The position numbers and the translations under genes were made by a program. Below the pieces are notes generated by a model. That model saw only the letters and a program-made list of their open reading frames with translations. It made no database searches and was not told the DNA's origin. DNA of 64,000 nucleotides from Chiloscyllium plagiosum (lineage: Eukaryota): contig NC_057719.1 of assembly GCF_004010195.1 (NCBI RefSeq), positions 74,867,358 to 74,931,357 on the forward strand, in the 5' to 3' direction. How positions within the stretch are numbered: the first letter of the stretch is position 1; each line of letters starts with the position of its first letter. Below, in pieces: positions 13,628 through 26,195 of this stretch.

Positions 13628-14150
13628 GAATCATAGAATCCCTACAGTATAGAAATAGGCCGTTTGGCCCCACAAATCCATACCGACCCTCCGAAGAGTA
13701 GCCCACCCAGTCTTATTCCCCTTCCCTATTACTGTACATTTACCCCTGACTAATACACCTAATCTACACATCTCTGAACACTATGGGCAATTTAGCATGG
13801 CCAATTCACATAACCTGCGCATCCAGCAACACATTTCCAGCTCTGATCTCCAGCATCTGCAGACCTCACTTTCTCCTCTGAAGAGTAGCCCACCCAGTCT
13901 TATTCCCCTTCCCTTTTACTGTACATTTACCCCTGACTAATGCACCTAATCTACACATCTCTGAACACTATGGGCAATTTAGCATGGCCAATTCACATAA
14001 CCTGCGCATGTGGGAGGACTGTGGGAGGAAACCCACGCAGGCACAGCGCGAATGTCCAATCTTCACACAGAGAATCACCTGAGGCTGGAATCAAATCTGG
14101 GTCGCTGATGCTGTGAGGCAGCTGTGCTAACTACTGAGCCACCATACCAT
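13628..14150 (-). mobile_element. HE1-type SINE with internal 135-bp duplication around a 52-bp Penelope fragment
   Basis: 13688-13822 is repeated at 13875-14009 (3 mismatches) around ccagcaacacatttccagctctgatctccagcatctgcagacctcactttct. Confidence 0.88.
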
Positions 14151-14549
14151 TGAATTTGTTTATCTATTTTTGTCACTTCATGATTGATAGACATTTGCAT
14201 ATTAACTCGATTGCTTTGTCAATGCGTGAAATTTCCAGTGCAAGTGACATTGCAAACCAGCCTGTGGGCTGTGAATTCACCTTTTGAAGAAAACAATTAT
14301 TATGATTAATGTGGCCCCTTGTTTATCCTTTTCTTATCCTCTTTCTCCTGAATGGATACCCCTGGGCGCCATACACAACTTTACTACCTGTGCACACACC
14401 AAGCAGAACCTTTAAAGAGCCCAGACACCTGACAAATCACTCCGATTTACCAGTCATCCAAACTTAGACATTGATCGGTGGACTAAATGCTTACTTCACT
14501 CTTACTTAGCCCAGCAATGGTGAGAATGCAATTTTTAAAAAATCATGCT

Positions 14550-14882
14550 TTCTAGAGATGTGGGCATTGCCGACAAGGCTAGCATTTGTTGCCTTGCTCA
14601 AATAGCCCTCGAGTTGAATGGTTGACAGGGACATTTCAGAGGGAAATTAAGAGCTTGGATTTTGAGACACATATCAGCCAGATGAGGTAAAATCTTAGCA
14701 AACTGTATGGGTTTTTCCAACTTTCAATGTGATCCCGTGGTCATCCTGATTGAGAGTAGCTTTGCATTCAAACTTTATTGATTGAATTTAAATTCTTCTA
14801 GCTGCTGTGGTGAGATTTGAACATTTGCCCTCAGAGCACTAACCAAGGGCTTCTGGCCAGTGACATTACCATGGCACCACCC
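14550..14882 (-). mobile_element. Diverged SINE of a second family (related copy at ~39410-39740)
   Basis: Shares gatgtggg..gct..ttaagag..cacatat..gccaga..ggtaaa..ttcaa blocks with the 39.4-kb copy; reverse B-box-like gatttgaac near the right end. Confidence 0.55.
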
Positions 14883-15959
14883 TTTGCCGATATTGTAGCA
14901 GGGCTAGTGTGTGGCCTACTGGCCTAGAGTAGCTCATTCATCAAACATCAAGCCAATTAGAGTCATACAGCATGGAAACAGATCCTTCGGTCCAATATAT
15001 CTGTGCCTATTGGTGAATCTTTTCCATTGTGTCGGACTGGGCAGTGTATTTTACATGTTTGGACAAATGGGAAGAGAAACTATTTAATGGAGATGCTGAA
15101 TGCCTAAATAATTGCTGCAACTGTTGCTTACAGCTACTACTTCCAGAGGCTCTGCTATAATGCAATGTCTCCCTAGTCTCTCTTGCATCTCTTCACACAT
15201 CAATTGTAGCTTCTCAATGTCACCTGCTACCAACTACACCCAGGGAGACTGCTCTATCTATTACCTTCAACTAGAAGAGATTACTGTGTATTGTCACCTT
15301 TTGATCAAATACTTGAAACACTGACAATTCCTTTTATGGATGTGACATTTTAGAATTCATTTTGCTCTTGCAATTTCAGGCACTGCTTCATTTGCCTTAT
15401 CGTCTGTAGATGGAATATTACAACTATCCCTAGGAATTTATTTAACGTTTAGCTGTTGCCTCTGGTATTAAGGCAGAACTCCTCACCCAGCAGCGTTCTT
15501 ATTCTGAATGTGTTCACTCACTAAGAAGTATTGAGTCTGCAAATTTATAAATAATGTGCAGAGAAAAAGTCTCACACATGCCATTTGTTGGGTGATGTGG
15601 CTTTTATCTTGCTGTTTTTCAGTTCAGTAGTTTGTATTTTTCAGTTCAGTAGTTTGTATTTTTTTACATCTATAGTTTTAAACCACTAAAATCTGGGAAG
15701 CAAAAAATGTGTTTGCCAAGTGTAAATGATTTTGTCACATCCACCCTTGCAAACAGCTTGGGTAGAATGTCATTATCTTGTCATGTCACCTTTCAGTCTT
15801 CTCATTTCCAAAGCAGGTGCCCTGTTTTGCTATCCTCTCAATTCTGAGCACAGCCCGTTATATCTCATCTTCACTGCTTCCATATCCTTGTTACGTTCTG
15901 GACATCAGAATTTCAAACAGTATGGCCACAAATGATTTTTAAAAACTGGGAGAACTGCG

Positions 15960-16420
15960 TATACTGGAAATCAGAAACACAAACAGAAATTGCCGGAAAA
16001 GCTCAGCAAGTCTGGCAGCACCTTTGCAGAGAAATCATAGTTAATGTTTTGGATCGAGTGACCCTTTTTTTTATTATTAGATTCCCTACAGTGTGGAACC
16101 AGGCCCTACGGCCCAACAAGTCCACACCAACTCTACGAAGAGTAACCCAGACCCATTTCCTTCTGAGTAATGCACCTAACACAGTGGGCAACTTAGCATG
16201 GCCAATTCACCTGACCTGCACATCTTTGGACTGTGGGAGGAAACCTACGCAGACAGGAGGAGAATGTGCAAACTCCACACAGACAGTCGCCCAAGGCTGG
16301 AATTGAAGCCGGGTCCCTGGTGCTGTGAGGCAGCAGTGCTAACCACTGAGCCACCGGAAAATAAGTTGTTACCATAGATGCTGCCAGACCTGCTGAACTT
16401 TTCCAGCAATTTCTGTTTTC
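15960..16420. mobile_element. Penelope-derived element with inverted ends, split by an HE1 SINE (16075-16355, minus)
   Basis: aaacagaaattgccggaaaagctcagcaagtctggcagca at left and its near reverse complement tgctgccagacctgctgaacttttccagcaatttctgttt at right. Confidence 0.75.
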
Positions 16421-17126
16421 GTGATCAAAGAAAATGGCAATAGTACCTCCTAACTTTTGCATTGCTCCAGAAAGGAATGCTTTTACTTTGCTTATACTTT
16501 GTGGCCCTAACGATTTGCTGTTGCTGCTTTTGGCAATTTATGTATCGCATACCTCACTTTGCTCATCTTCCCTGGTTTGATTTCTTACCTTACAGTGAAT
16601 ATTTAGTCTCTTTATTCCTCCACATAAAATGACCCAGTTTCAAATGCTGTTAGAGTATTTGGGATGTGCTGTGGACTGATATGTTACTGTGTGTTTTCCT
16701 TTTTCAACCCCAGAAACCTGGTCAAAGGCAGCAGCATCATATTATAAGAGCCCAAACACAGGTTGAAAATGGAGGACAAAGATGTTGTACAGAGAGCAAG
16801 GCGAGAGTTTTAAACCCTGTAGGCTGCAGCTGGAAGGGGAAATGCCTAAGCAAGCTAAGAAATCCCACAGGTTCTGGGGAAAAAATGAGCTGGTGCCAGA
16901 GAAAATACAATGAGTCCTGATTATAGCATTATTCATTAAAACTAATTTTGACTTCTTTAACGAGACAGTTGCAGATGTTATGAAGTGTCAATTTATTTGC
17001 ACACAGATAATGGGTCTGAAACTCATTTGTACGAATGGTTACACTTGTGTGAGACAGATTAATTTGAAGTGTGAGATGTCACAGATATATCGCACAGGCA
17101 GTAATTCAAAAGAATGCATTTTTCCT

Positions 17127-20100
17127 GTTTTCGGAACACAGCACATTTATTATAGGGGGGGATTTTAATTGTCTTTTGGATCCGACAGTGGACAGGATGC
17201 CTTGTGGGGCCCCCAACTATTTCTTCACAGGCCAAGCAGGTGATTGATTTATGCGAGGAGTTGGGGCTGGTGGATATTTGGAGATGTCTTCACCCTACTG
17301 GCAGGGACTTCACCTTTTTCACAAACCCACATAAATGTCACACGAGGATTGATCTTTTTCTGGCTCCCTCGGCCCTTCTGGATTCGATTATGTGTTCTAA
17401 AATTGGGAGTATAGCTATCTCTGATCACCCGGTGTATATTTGGAAGTTAGGGCCAAGAGTGAGGGGCTAGGTTTGTGGCACTGGTGTTTGGACCGCTTTG
17501 TCTTTAAGGATTCCAAATTTGTGGAATATTTTTTGAAAGAGTTTCAGGAATTCTTGACTATCAACTTGACTATCAACTCATTCCTGAAGAAGGGCTCATG
17601 CCCGAAACGTCGATTCTCCTGCTCCTTTGGATGCTGCCTGACCTTCTGCGCTTTTCCAGCAACACATTATCAGCTCTGATCTCCAGCATCTGCAGTCCTC
17701 ATTTTCTCCTATCAACTCAGGCACGGCTAGTAGTCCGCCTATGCTATGGGAGACTGCTAAGGCCTTTGCTAGGGGATTAGCTATTTCCTATTCGGCTAGC
17801 CAGAAATGACAGAAGGAGGAGCAGCAGCGTCTACTTGAGACGCGGTTGAAAGCCGCTGAGGCGGCTCATTTTGCGTGGCCTTCGGTGACTAAGCTACAGC
17901 GGATCACGGCCCTCTGGGCCGCCTTGAATTCAATACTGACACAAAACAAAGAAAGAACTTGCTGTTGCTAGACAAAGGCTGTTCGAATATGGGGATAGGC
18001 CAGGGAAGTATTTAACGTACCTGACTAGGAAAAAGCGTGCTCCCCAATCCATTACTGCAATCAGAGACAGTGCAGGGGTCCTTACATATGATGTTAAAAA
18101 GATTAATGAGGCATTTCAGAGTTTTTACTCTGAATTGTATCGGTCTGAAGGTTGTGAAGACAGGAGGGCTCAAATGGAGACATTTTTTTTAAGAACCTGG
18201 ACCTTCCAGGGGTAACCTTGGAACAGGCCTCTCTCCTTAATGCCCCCTTGGCAGTTCAGAAAATTCAGGAGGCAACTAGGCAACTTCAGAGTGGGAAAGC
18301 GCCTGGCCCTGATGGTCTCCCGGGTGAGTTTTATAAGGAGTTTATAGGGATTCTGTCAGGTCCGATGTTGGAGATATACAATCACTCCTATATGCATGAA
18401 TGTCTACCACCATCTTTGAGAGAAGCTAATATTTCCTTAATTCTTAAGAAGGGGAAAGTTCCTAAGGATTGTACCTCATAGAGGTCCATCTCTTTATTAA
18501 ATTCAGATTTCAAGATTCTGTCCAAGATCCTGGCGCTAAGATTGGAAAAGTGTTGCCCCATATTGTTAAAGAGGATCAGACAGGCTTTATAAGGGGCTGT
18601 AGGTCCTCTAATAATATTAGAATGTTGCTGAATATGGTCCAGGTTTGTCAGCAATGATCGATTTAGGGGTTAGTGATTTCCTTAGATGCAGAGAAAGCAT
18701 TTGACCGGGTGGAATGGCCGTATCTTTTTTATGTCTTAGAACAGTTTGGGTTGGGTGGGGTCTTTGCTAGGTGGGTGGAGGTTTTATATCGCCACTCTCT
18801 GGCTGCGGTCATCACCAACAGGGTGAAGTCTGGGAACTTTACAATTGGTAGGGGTAGCCGGCAAGGCTGCCCCCTCTCACCGCTGTTGTTTACGTTGGTG
18901 ATAGAGCCGCTGGCAGAGGCCATTCTTCAGAACATCTACATAACCGCTCCGGAAGTGGGATCGAGGGCACACAAGATTACACTGTACGCGGATGATTCCT
19001 TCTGTTTTTATCGAACCCGATCACTCCGTACCCCGTTTGATACAATGTATCAATTCATTTGGGGCTATTTCAGGATATAAGATTCATTTTGCAAAATTGG
19101 AAACTATGCCTTTGGGGAACCTTAAGGATGTGCCAGAAGTTGAAGGTGGTTCTAAGTTCCCTTTTAAGTGGTCACGGGCAGGGTTCACTTGCTCGACAAT
19201 ATTAGGCAAGATCTCCAGAGGTGGAGGGCTGTTCCAATTTCATGGCTGGGCTGAATATCTCTCATTAAGATGAATGTTCTTCCTCGTTTGCTTTATCCCA
19301 TGCATATGCTCCCTATAATGTTTGGTTCCTTTGTCTGGCATCGTGAGCGGCCCCTCATCAAACTTACTAAAGGAGGGGGAGAAGTTGATTTCCCAGCCAT
19401 CAGGAGGTGTCAATTGAGTTCCCTGTTGTCCTTTGTCCTCTGTCTATGATTGGGTAGGTAACGATTCAAACTCAATATGGCTGGATATCGAGGCCTCCCA
19501 GGCAAAGTGCCCTTTTATTAAGCTGCTATTCATGGATAAAATGAGGACAGTTATGGACCATTGCTGGAACTCCATTGTCATTAGTACAGTCAAGGCATGG
19601 AGGGCGATGCGTCAGAGTGAGGGTTGCTTATCCAAGACTTTGCCACGTATACCTATAGTTGGCATGCAGGGGTTCTGACCAGGGATGATGGACTCAGGGT
19701 TCAAACTATGGGCAGCGAGAGGAGTTTCTAATTTGGGAAACTTGTTTGAGGGGGAGGTTATGATGTCTTTTGAGCAACTGAGCTGCAAATACAGGTTACC
19801 CAGCAGAGATCTTTTCTGTTTTTTTCAGGTTAGGGATCTCATCCAGAAGAAGACTACATTTCCCACTAAGCCCTATAAGCCCGATACAGAGAGGTTGTTG
19901 CTACGCTCCATAAGCACCCTCTCGGTTAGTGCCCTTTATCGCCTGCTGGGTGGCAGGGCCTGACAGGATATTAACCGGTTATGTGAGGTCTGGGAGCAAG
20001 AGCCAGGAATGGAGATCTCTTCTGAAACATGGGAGAACATATGGGCAAATGCTTGAAAGATCTCAATCTGTAATAGGACATGCGCTATGCAGTTAAACGT

Positions 20101-20951
20101 TCTGCACAGGGTTCATGTGGCACCGGACTGTCTAGTGAAATTTAAAAAAGGTGCATCTTCAGTGTGCCCCAAATGTAAAATGTAAAAGTGTAGGTACTCT
20201 TACCCATTGCTTCTGGACGTGCCACAGGCTCAGTGTTTATTGGAGCGCTGTGGCAGGAGAGATAGGGAGGGTATTGAGAACTGAAGTCAAAGTAAACCCG
20301 ATATCTCTCCTCTTAGGTCTACCGAATTTACCATCTTTAGATGGGCGTGGGAAGAAACTATTTAATATTCTTGCGTACTGTGCACGGAAGAATATTCTGA
20401 TGAACTGGGTGTCTGAGAACCCTCAGACACCCTGGGTGGCTTGCTGGGATGGCAGAAATTAATTATGGAGCACATCCCCTTGGACTTTGTTACAAACATG
20501 GTGCACCACACAACAAACAATTTTTATAAGACATGGCAGCCCTACTTGAGTTATTTGGATATAGATTTGTCAGTTAGCTTAACTAGGATGGTTAGGTTTG
20601 TCAAGCCCTGGGCCCTGGAGGGGGTCTCCTGAGTTAATACGGGTATATATACAATGCTCCCGTTCCTTTGTTTGGTAGCTTTGCACCGAGCATAGCTGTT
20701 CTGTATTCTGTATTTTTCTTTTGCTTTTCTTTCTTTTTTTGATTTATTAGTTATTTACTGATTTATTGGTGTTGCTTTGCACAGTGTTAGGGTTTGTTTT
20801 GTGTTGTAGAACAGGTTAGCAGTTAGTAGACAGTAGTTCTATTGTAATTTTTTTTATTATACTGATATTTGTTATTGATCGTATTTTTCAATAATTTTAT
20901 ATGTTTGTAAAGTTAAAAAAATTTGCTAATAGATATATTTACAAAAAAAAA
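17127..20951 (+). mobile_element. 5'-truncated L1-clade LINE (ORF2 endonuclease-RT-Cys region, disabled), 3' UTR and poly(A)
   Basis: Fragmented motifs IIGGDFN, DIWR..HP..RDFTF, RIDLF, SDH, KAPGPDG, SLDAEKAFDRVEW, GSRQGCPLSPLLF, LYADD, THCFWTC. T-rich 3' UTR, A-tail at 20943-20951, and 11-bp TSD GCATTTTTCCT at 17116-17126 and 20952-20962. Confidence 0.93.
17581..17708 (+). mobile_element. Penelope-type terminal fragment inserted in the L1 ORF2
   Basis: cctgaagaagggctcatgcccgaaacgtcga...ctccagcatctgcagtcctca is repeated elsewhere in the window. Flanked by direct repeat CTATCAACTCA (17570-17580, 17709-17719). The L1 frame EFLTIN|SGTASSPPMLWETAKAFARG resumes after it. Confidence 0.8.
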
Positions 20952-23169
20952 GCATTTTTCCTTCTGTAAAAGGAAAAGCAACACAATTTGGTCCATAACA
21001 AAGTGGATAAATAGGCCAGAGGGAAAATGAACAGGGGTGGGCGCAGTGGGGTTGAGGGGGGGAGGTGATCTTGTGCAGAAACATCCTGAACATTAAACAG
21101 AAAAAGAGAACCTCAGGGCAGCTTCACATTCCGACTTCACATCACAATAATCCAGTGTTTGGATACAGCTGAAAGTGTTCCTTTCAGCAGATCAGAGAAT
21201 GTGTAGGAACAGTGACCTTGCTAATGAGATGAGGTGCACCTTCAGCTGTTGGTCATTAAACCAAATGTTTGGGTTTGGGAGCTGTCTGTTGCTCTCGATT
21301 TGTTCTGATGTGGTGCTCAAAGGGCAGAACGGGTCATACTACTGCTGTGGAGCAGAGTACCTGTCTCCTTCAGCACTTCACTGCAGGCTTTGTAGCCTCC
21401 CAAGGGTCCCAGCACCTGCCAGTTCAATGCTGGCAAAGACATGCCAAACTTCTGGCTCCAGAAAATCCTTTACAAATAACTCAAACTTGAGTGGCTTGAA
21501 ATTTACTGGACACACCATGTCATTTCTGCACACACAGGATTTATGTTATTTACATGTTAAATCACTCTAATAGTTGAGGTCACTGGAACTTATTTTTTTC
21601 CCAATGCATCGTGACTTTGAGAATGAGCGAATAAATAAGTATTCAACATTGAACTTTATGAAACAGTCCTTGCTTAAATTTTAAATTAATTCTTAGTTAC
21701 ACTTAGGCAGATAGTTGTGAATGCTGAACCTAAGATTATTTCTGAGGCAGTCAATTAAGATAAAAACAAAATAGGAATCAACAATTGCTTTCTCTTCACG
21801 AACATGAAAGTGATGCTTGTGCGATACTGCAGAAGATCACATTCTGTGAAGTGTACATTTTTTTAACAAAAGTGTCGCTCCATTTTGAGGATATTGAAGC
21901 CTTCACTATGACAGTGGAAGGAACAATTTCAAATGAGTTCATTCATTGTTAACAGTGCACAGTCCCCAAGTAGACGAGTGACTTGTTCTAATGGTTCTTA
22001 TTATAAAACTCGCTGAATGTATTGACTTCCGAATATTATGAAATCCACTAGATTTAATGTGAAAGCCACGTTATCAGAATATTTAAGGTATCTTTGTAAA
22101 ATGTAACATTTTACATATACATCCGTACCCCTGGACTAGGGAGAAAAAAAGAAATAATATAGGAATTACTGCTCTCTACTGCTGTAGAAAGGATAAATGT
22201 GAATGCTATGCTCTGTTTCGGTGTTCAGGTTGCAGCCATTTGACACTAAACAGTAAAGGTTCTATTTGCAGTCTTTATGCAGATAACATTAGATTGCGTA
22301 CATCAGCTCATAATTCTCCATCAATTAAAAATTAATTGTTTTGAAACTGTGTGGGTTGGGAAGATGTAGTTTTGTGGTATATACTACTGGTATGTGTTGC
22401 GAGCTTAGAAGTAGAATTTATTGCCCTAAGTGTTAAGATGTACTCATGAATAACGGCCACAGGGCAGAAGTACTGAAGGGCATGGGTACCTGTAGAACTG
22501 TCAAACAATAAGGCTTTCACCGAAGGTGAGCAGGTATCTAAAGGGGAAAATAAAACTGCAATAAATGAGATTCCCTGAATAACAACAGGCGTTGAACTTC
22601 AAAGTAAATAATTCGACATGAAACAATTTGGGTTCAAAGAAATGCTTTGGATCCTTCTGGGAGATATGATAAAGCACTTTAAAAATGTAAATCTGTTTTG
22701 TCTTTCAGGTAGAAAGAAAACTACAGCAGTATCAGGAAATTCAGATGGTATCTTTACCCCCACACTCCAGGCATTCTTTACTAAAGTAGTGAAGAAAATA
22801 CAACTTTTTTTTGCTATTTAACTTGTCAAGTCGAAAATGGTCATGGTTGGTATTAAAATATTTTACTACATCCTGCTCATTGGCTTCATGTAAAAGGAGC
22901 GCACACTGCATTTCAGCCTGACAAACTATTACCTACTGAAGGTGCTAGCTTTGCCTCCGTGCTACTGTCTTTGACTCTGAGACAGATTCAAGGTCCATAG
23001 TCTCACTCCAGAAACTTGAGTGCAAATCTAGGGTGCTGTTTCAATACAGGCACAAAGGGGTCTTTTGGATGAGTTGTTTTACTATCTCTGTTCCCTTCGG
23101 TAGATGGAACGAATCCTGCTGCATTACCTCAAATAGGTCAGAAATGTGTTTCTTGGCCAGTTAGGGGTG

Positions 23170-23490
23170 ACACGGGGGGGCTCAGTGGTTAGTACTGCTG
23201 CTTCACAGCTCCTGCGACCTGGGTTTGATTCCACCCTCAGGAGGCTGTCTGTATGGAACTTGCACATTCTCTCTGTGGGTTTCCTCCGGGTGCTCCAGTT
23301 TCCTCCCACTATCCAAAGATGTGCAGGTCAGTTGGATTGGTCATGCTAAATTGCCCATTGTGTCCAAGAATGTACAAACTAGGTGGATTAACCATGGGAA
23401 TTGCAGGGTTACAGGGATAATCTCCAGAGGGTTGGTGTGACCAAATGGGCTGAATAGCCTACTTCTGCATTGTAGGGATTCAATGATTAA
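23170..23490 (+). mobile_element. HE1-type SINE inserted in a Deu-domain SINE (~22960-23625)
   Basis: HE1 head and core. Flanks match the Deu-SINE blocks ctcactccagaaacttgag and ccattggttgtaaagcactttgag. Confidence 0.8.
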
Positions 23491-23709
23491 CCGATATGTG
23501 CTCTTAAACCATCACCTGAAACTGATATCAAGATGTTAGTTGCCCTGTTTCTTGCTTAACAAAGGAGACTCTAATTCAAAACCACTCCATTGGTTGTAAA
23601 GCACTTTGAGAAATCTTGAGGTCTTACTGTATGATTAGTTACAGTTATGTAAATTCCTTACATTTGAAGTGTTAAGCTGTCTTTTTTTAAAATTGCAGTT
23701 ATATTTCTA

Positions 23710-23900
23710 GTGGGAGTCAGTCGGCTGGATGGTTGGTTTGCAATGCCATCAGCACAGGTTTAATTCCTGCACTGGTTGAGGTTACTGAGAAAGTCTTGGC
23801 TTTGCAACCCTCCCCCCTCACCTGAGGCATGGTTACTCTCAGGTTTAACCATCCCATTATCTCTCTCTGATGAGACAGTGTAACTATGGTGTCTTTCACC
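23710..23900 (+). mobile_element. Short tRNA-like SINE of a third family (reverse copy at ~39975-40155)
   Basis: gctggatggttggtttgcaa..ggtttaattcc..cctcacctgagg..ctcaggtttaac..ctctctctgatgag has a reverse-complement counterpart at 40 kb. Confidence 0.6.
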
Positions 23901-24189
23901 TATATTTACAGCAACTTTGGTTCGTTCTTCTCTGAAGGGTATACTGTCTGTCTTCCTTCATCACATGAGTGAGCTTTTAACTTTTCCTGCTATGACGATC
24001 TTTCTTACTGTCACATCGGGGACTTGTACTTTAAGAACCACAAAAAAAAGTGTACTTACATAGCAGCTTCAACATAAAGAAACATCCTGAGATCATTGAC
24101 AGGAACATTATAAAACAAAGTTAGGGCAATTGACCAAATGTTTGGTTCCTGAGAAACGTTTTGAGAAATGTGTTAAAGAGGAAAGTGTT

Positions 24190-24820
24190 TTGGTATGCTT
24201 TCCTTTATTGATCAGAGCATTAAGTATAGGAGTTGAAAGGTCATGTTGCAGCTATACAGGACATTGGTTAGGCCACTTTTGGAATATTGCTTGCAATTCT
24301 GGTCTCCTTCCTATCAGAAGGATGTTGTGAAACTTGAAATGTTTCAGTAAAGATTTACAAGGATGTTGCCAGGGTTGGAGGATTTGAGCTACAGGGAGAG
24401 GCTGAACAGGCTGGGGCTGTTTTCCCTGGAGTGTCAGAGGCTGAAGGGTGACATTATTGAGGTTTATAAAATCATGAGGGGCACAGATAGGATAAATAGA
24501 CAAGGTATTTCCCCTGGGGTATGTGAGTCCAGAACTAGAGGGCATCGGTTTAGAGTGAGAGGGGAAAAATTTAAAAGGGACCTAAGGGGCAACTTTTTCA
24601 TGCAGAGGGTGGTGCATGTATGGAATGAGCTGCCAGAGGAAGTGGTGGAGGCTGGTACAACTATAACATTTAAAAGGCACCTGGATGGGTATATGAATAG
24701 GAAGGGTTTAGAGGGATATGGATCAAGTGCCGGCAAATGGGACTAGATTAGGTAGGATATCTGGTCGGCAAGGAAGAATTGAACCGAAGAGTCTGTTTCC
24801 GTGCTGTACATCTCTATGAC
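24190..24820 (+). mobile_element. CR1/HER1 LINE 3' fragment
   Basis: ORF 24363-24746 LSYRERLNRLGLFSLE..RTRGH..WNELP; tail tctctatgac. Confidence 0.93.
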
Positions 24821-25914
24821 ATGAGGGAGCAAGGCAGAGAGGTTTTGGGTAGGAATATCAGAATGTAGAGCTGTGCCAATTGATGGGACAACTCCGATGG
24901 GTGGAGTAATTATGATTGGGAAGTTACAAGAAGCTAGAATGAAAGGAGCACAGATATCTCTGAGGATTATAGAGTCCCAGACCACATAATTAGGCCCTGT
25001 GGCCCGTTGAGTCTGTGTCAGACAGAAATAACCATCTAACTATTCTAAACCCATTGTCCAAAACTTGGCCCATAACCTTGTATACCTTGGGCTCGCAAAT
25101 TCACATCGAAGTACGCCTGAAATGTTGTGAGGATTTCTGCCTCTACCACTGTTACAGGTACTGAGTTCCAGATTCCCACCAGCCTGTCATTCCTGGGATG
25201 AAGCATTTATTTTACAAAGAATTTTGGAATAGGTTGGTCCTCTATCCATTGGAATTTAGAAGATTAAGGGGAAATCCTATTGAAACATAGAAGATCCTGA
25301 GGGGATGGTGAGGTTGGAGGAGATTACTGTACAGAGATCAGGAGTGTTGGGGCGATGGAATAATTTGGGAATGAGGATGAGAATTTGAAAAGCAAGACGT
25401 CTCTATTTTATGGCTGCGATTGTTGTGGAATCCAGATTCTATTACACACGTGTTAATATAAAAGTTACTTGGCATCCTTAGTTATTTGAATGTTGATTTT
25501 AATTTCAGCCAGTGATGCTGATGTCTGGGATGGAATGATCTTCCACCCTCATGTGACCAGAATGGTGGGTGATAGTGATAGACAGTGGCTGTTTCCCTCA
25601 CGCTCTTTAGTTTCCAGAGCAGCAAGAGAGGAACCTCCCTTCAGGTGGCCTTCTATGTCTCTAAAGCTAATGATGCTACTCCGTGTAACTGAATAAAAGG
25701 TGTCAGTCACTTTGAGATTGCAAAGTAGTCAACCTGATGTAAAATAGAATCGAGACGTTTCGCACAAACCTAACTGCACAGCTGGTTAACAAAATACTAT
25801 ACTGCAATTGCTCAGGAGTAGATTTACTCCTGAAAATGGGCAGCATGGTAGAATAACCTGTGTCGGCTTCCCTTACTAAATATAATTTGGAATACCCTTC
25901 ATTGGATTGGGATA

Positions 25915-26195
25915 TATAGAACATAGAACATAGAAGAATACAGCGCAGTACAGGCCCTTCGGCCCTCGATGTTACGCCGATCCAAGCCCACCTAACCTAC
26001 ACTAGCCCACTATCCTCCATATGCCTATCCAATGCCCGCTTAAATGCCCATAATGAGGGAGAGTCCACCACTGCTACTGGCAGGGCATTCCATGAACTCA
26101 CGACTCATTGAGTAAAGAACCTACCCCTAACATCTGTCCTATACCTACCCCCCCCTTAATTTAAAGCTATGCCCCTTTGTAATAGCTGACTCCAT
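25915..26195 (-). mobile_element. CR1 3' end of another subfamily with (atagaac)n tail
   Basis: atagaacatagaacatagaa..caggcccttcggccc..ggcagggcattccatg (WNALP reversed). Confidence 0.8.

Noticed and set aside
17127..20951. Active or domesticated reverse transcriptase gene
   Set aside because: 5'-truncated, with many stops and frameshifts and an internal insertion.
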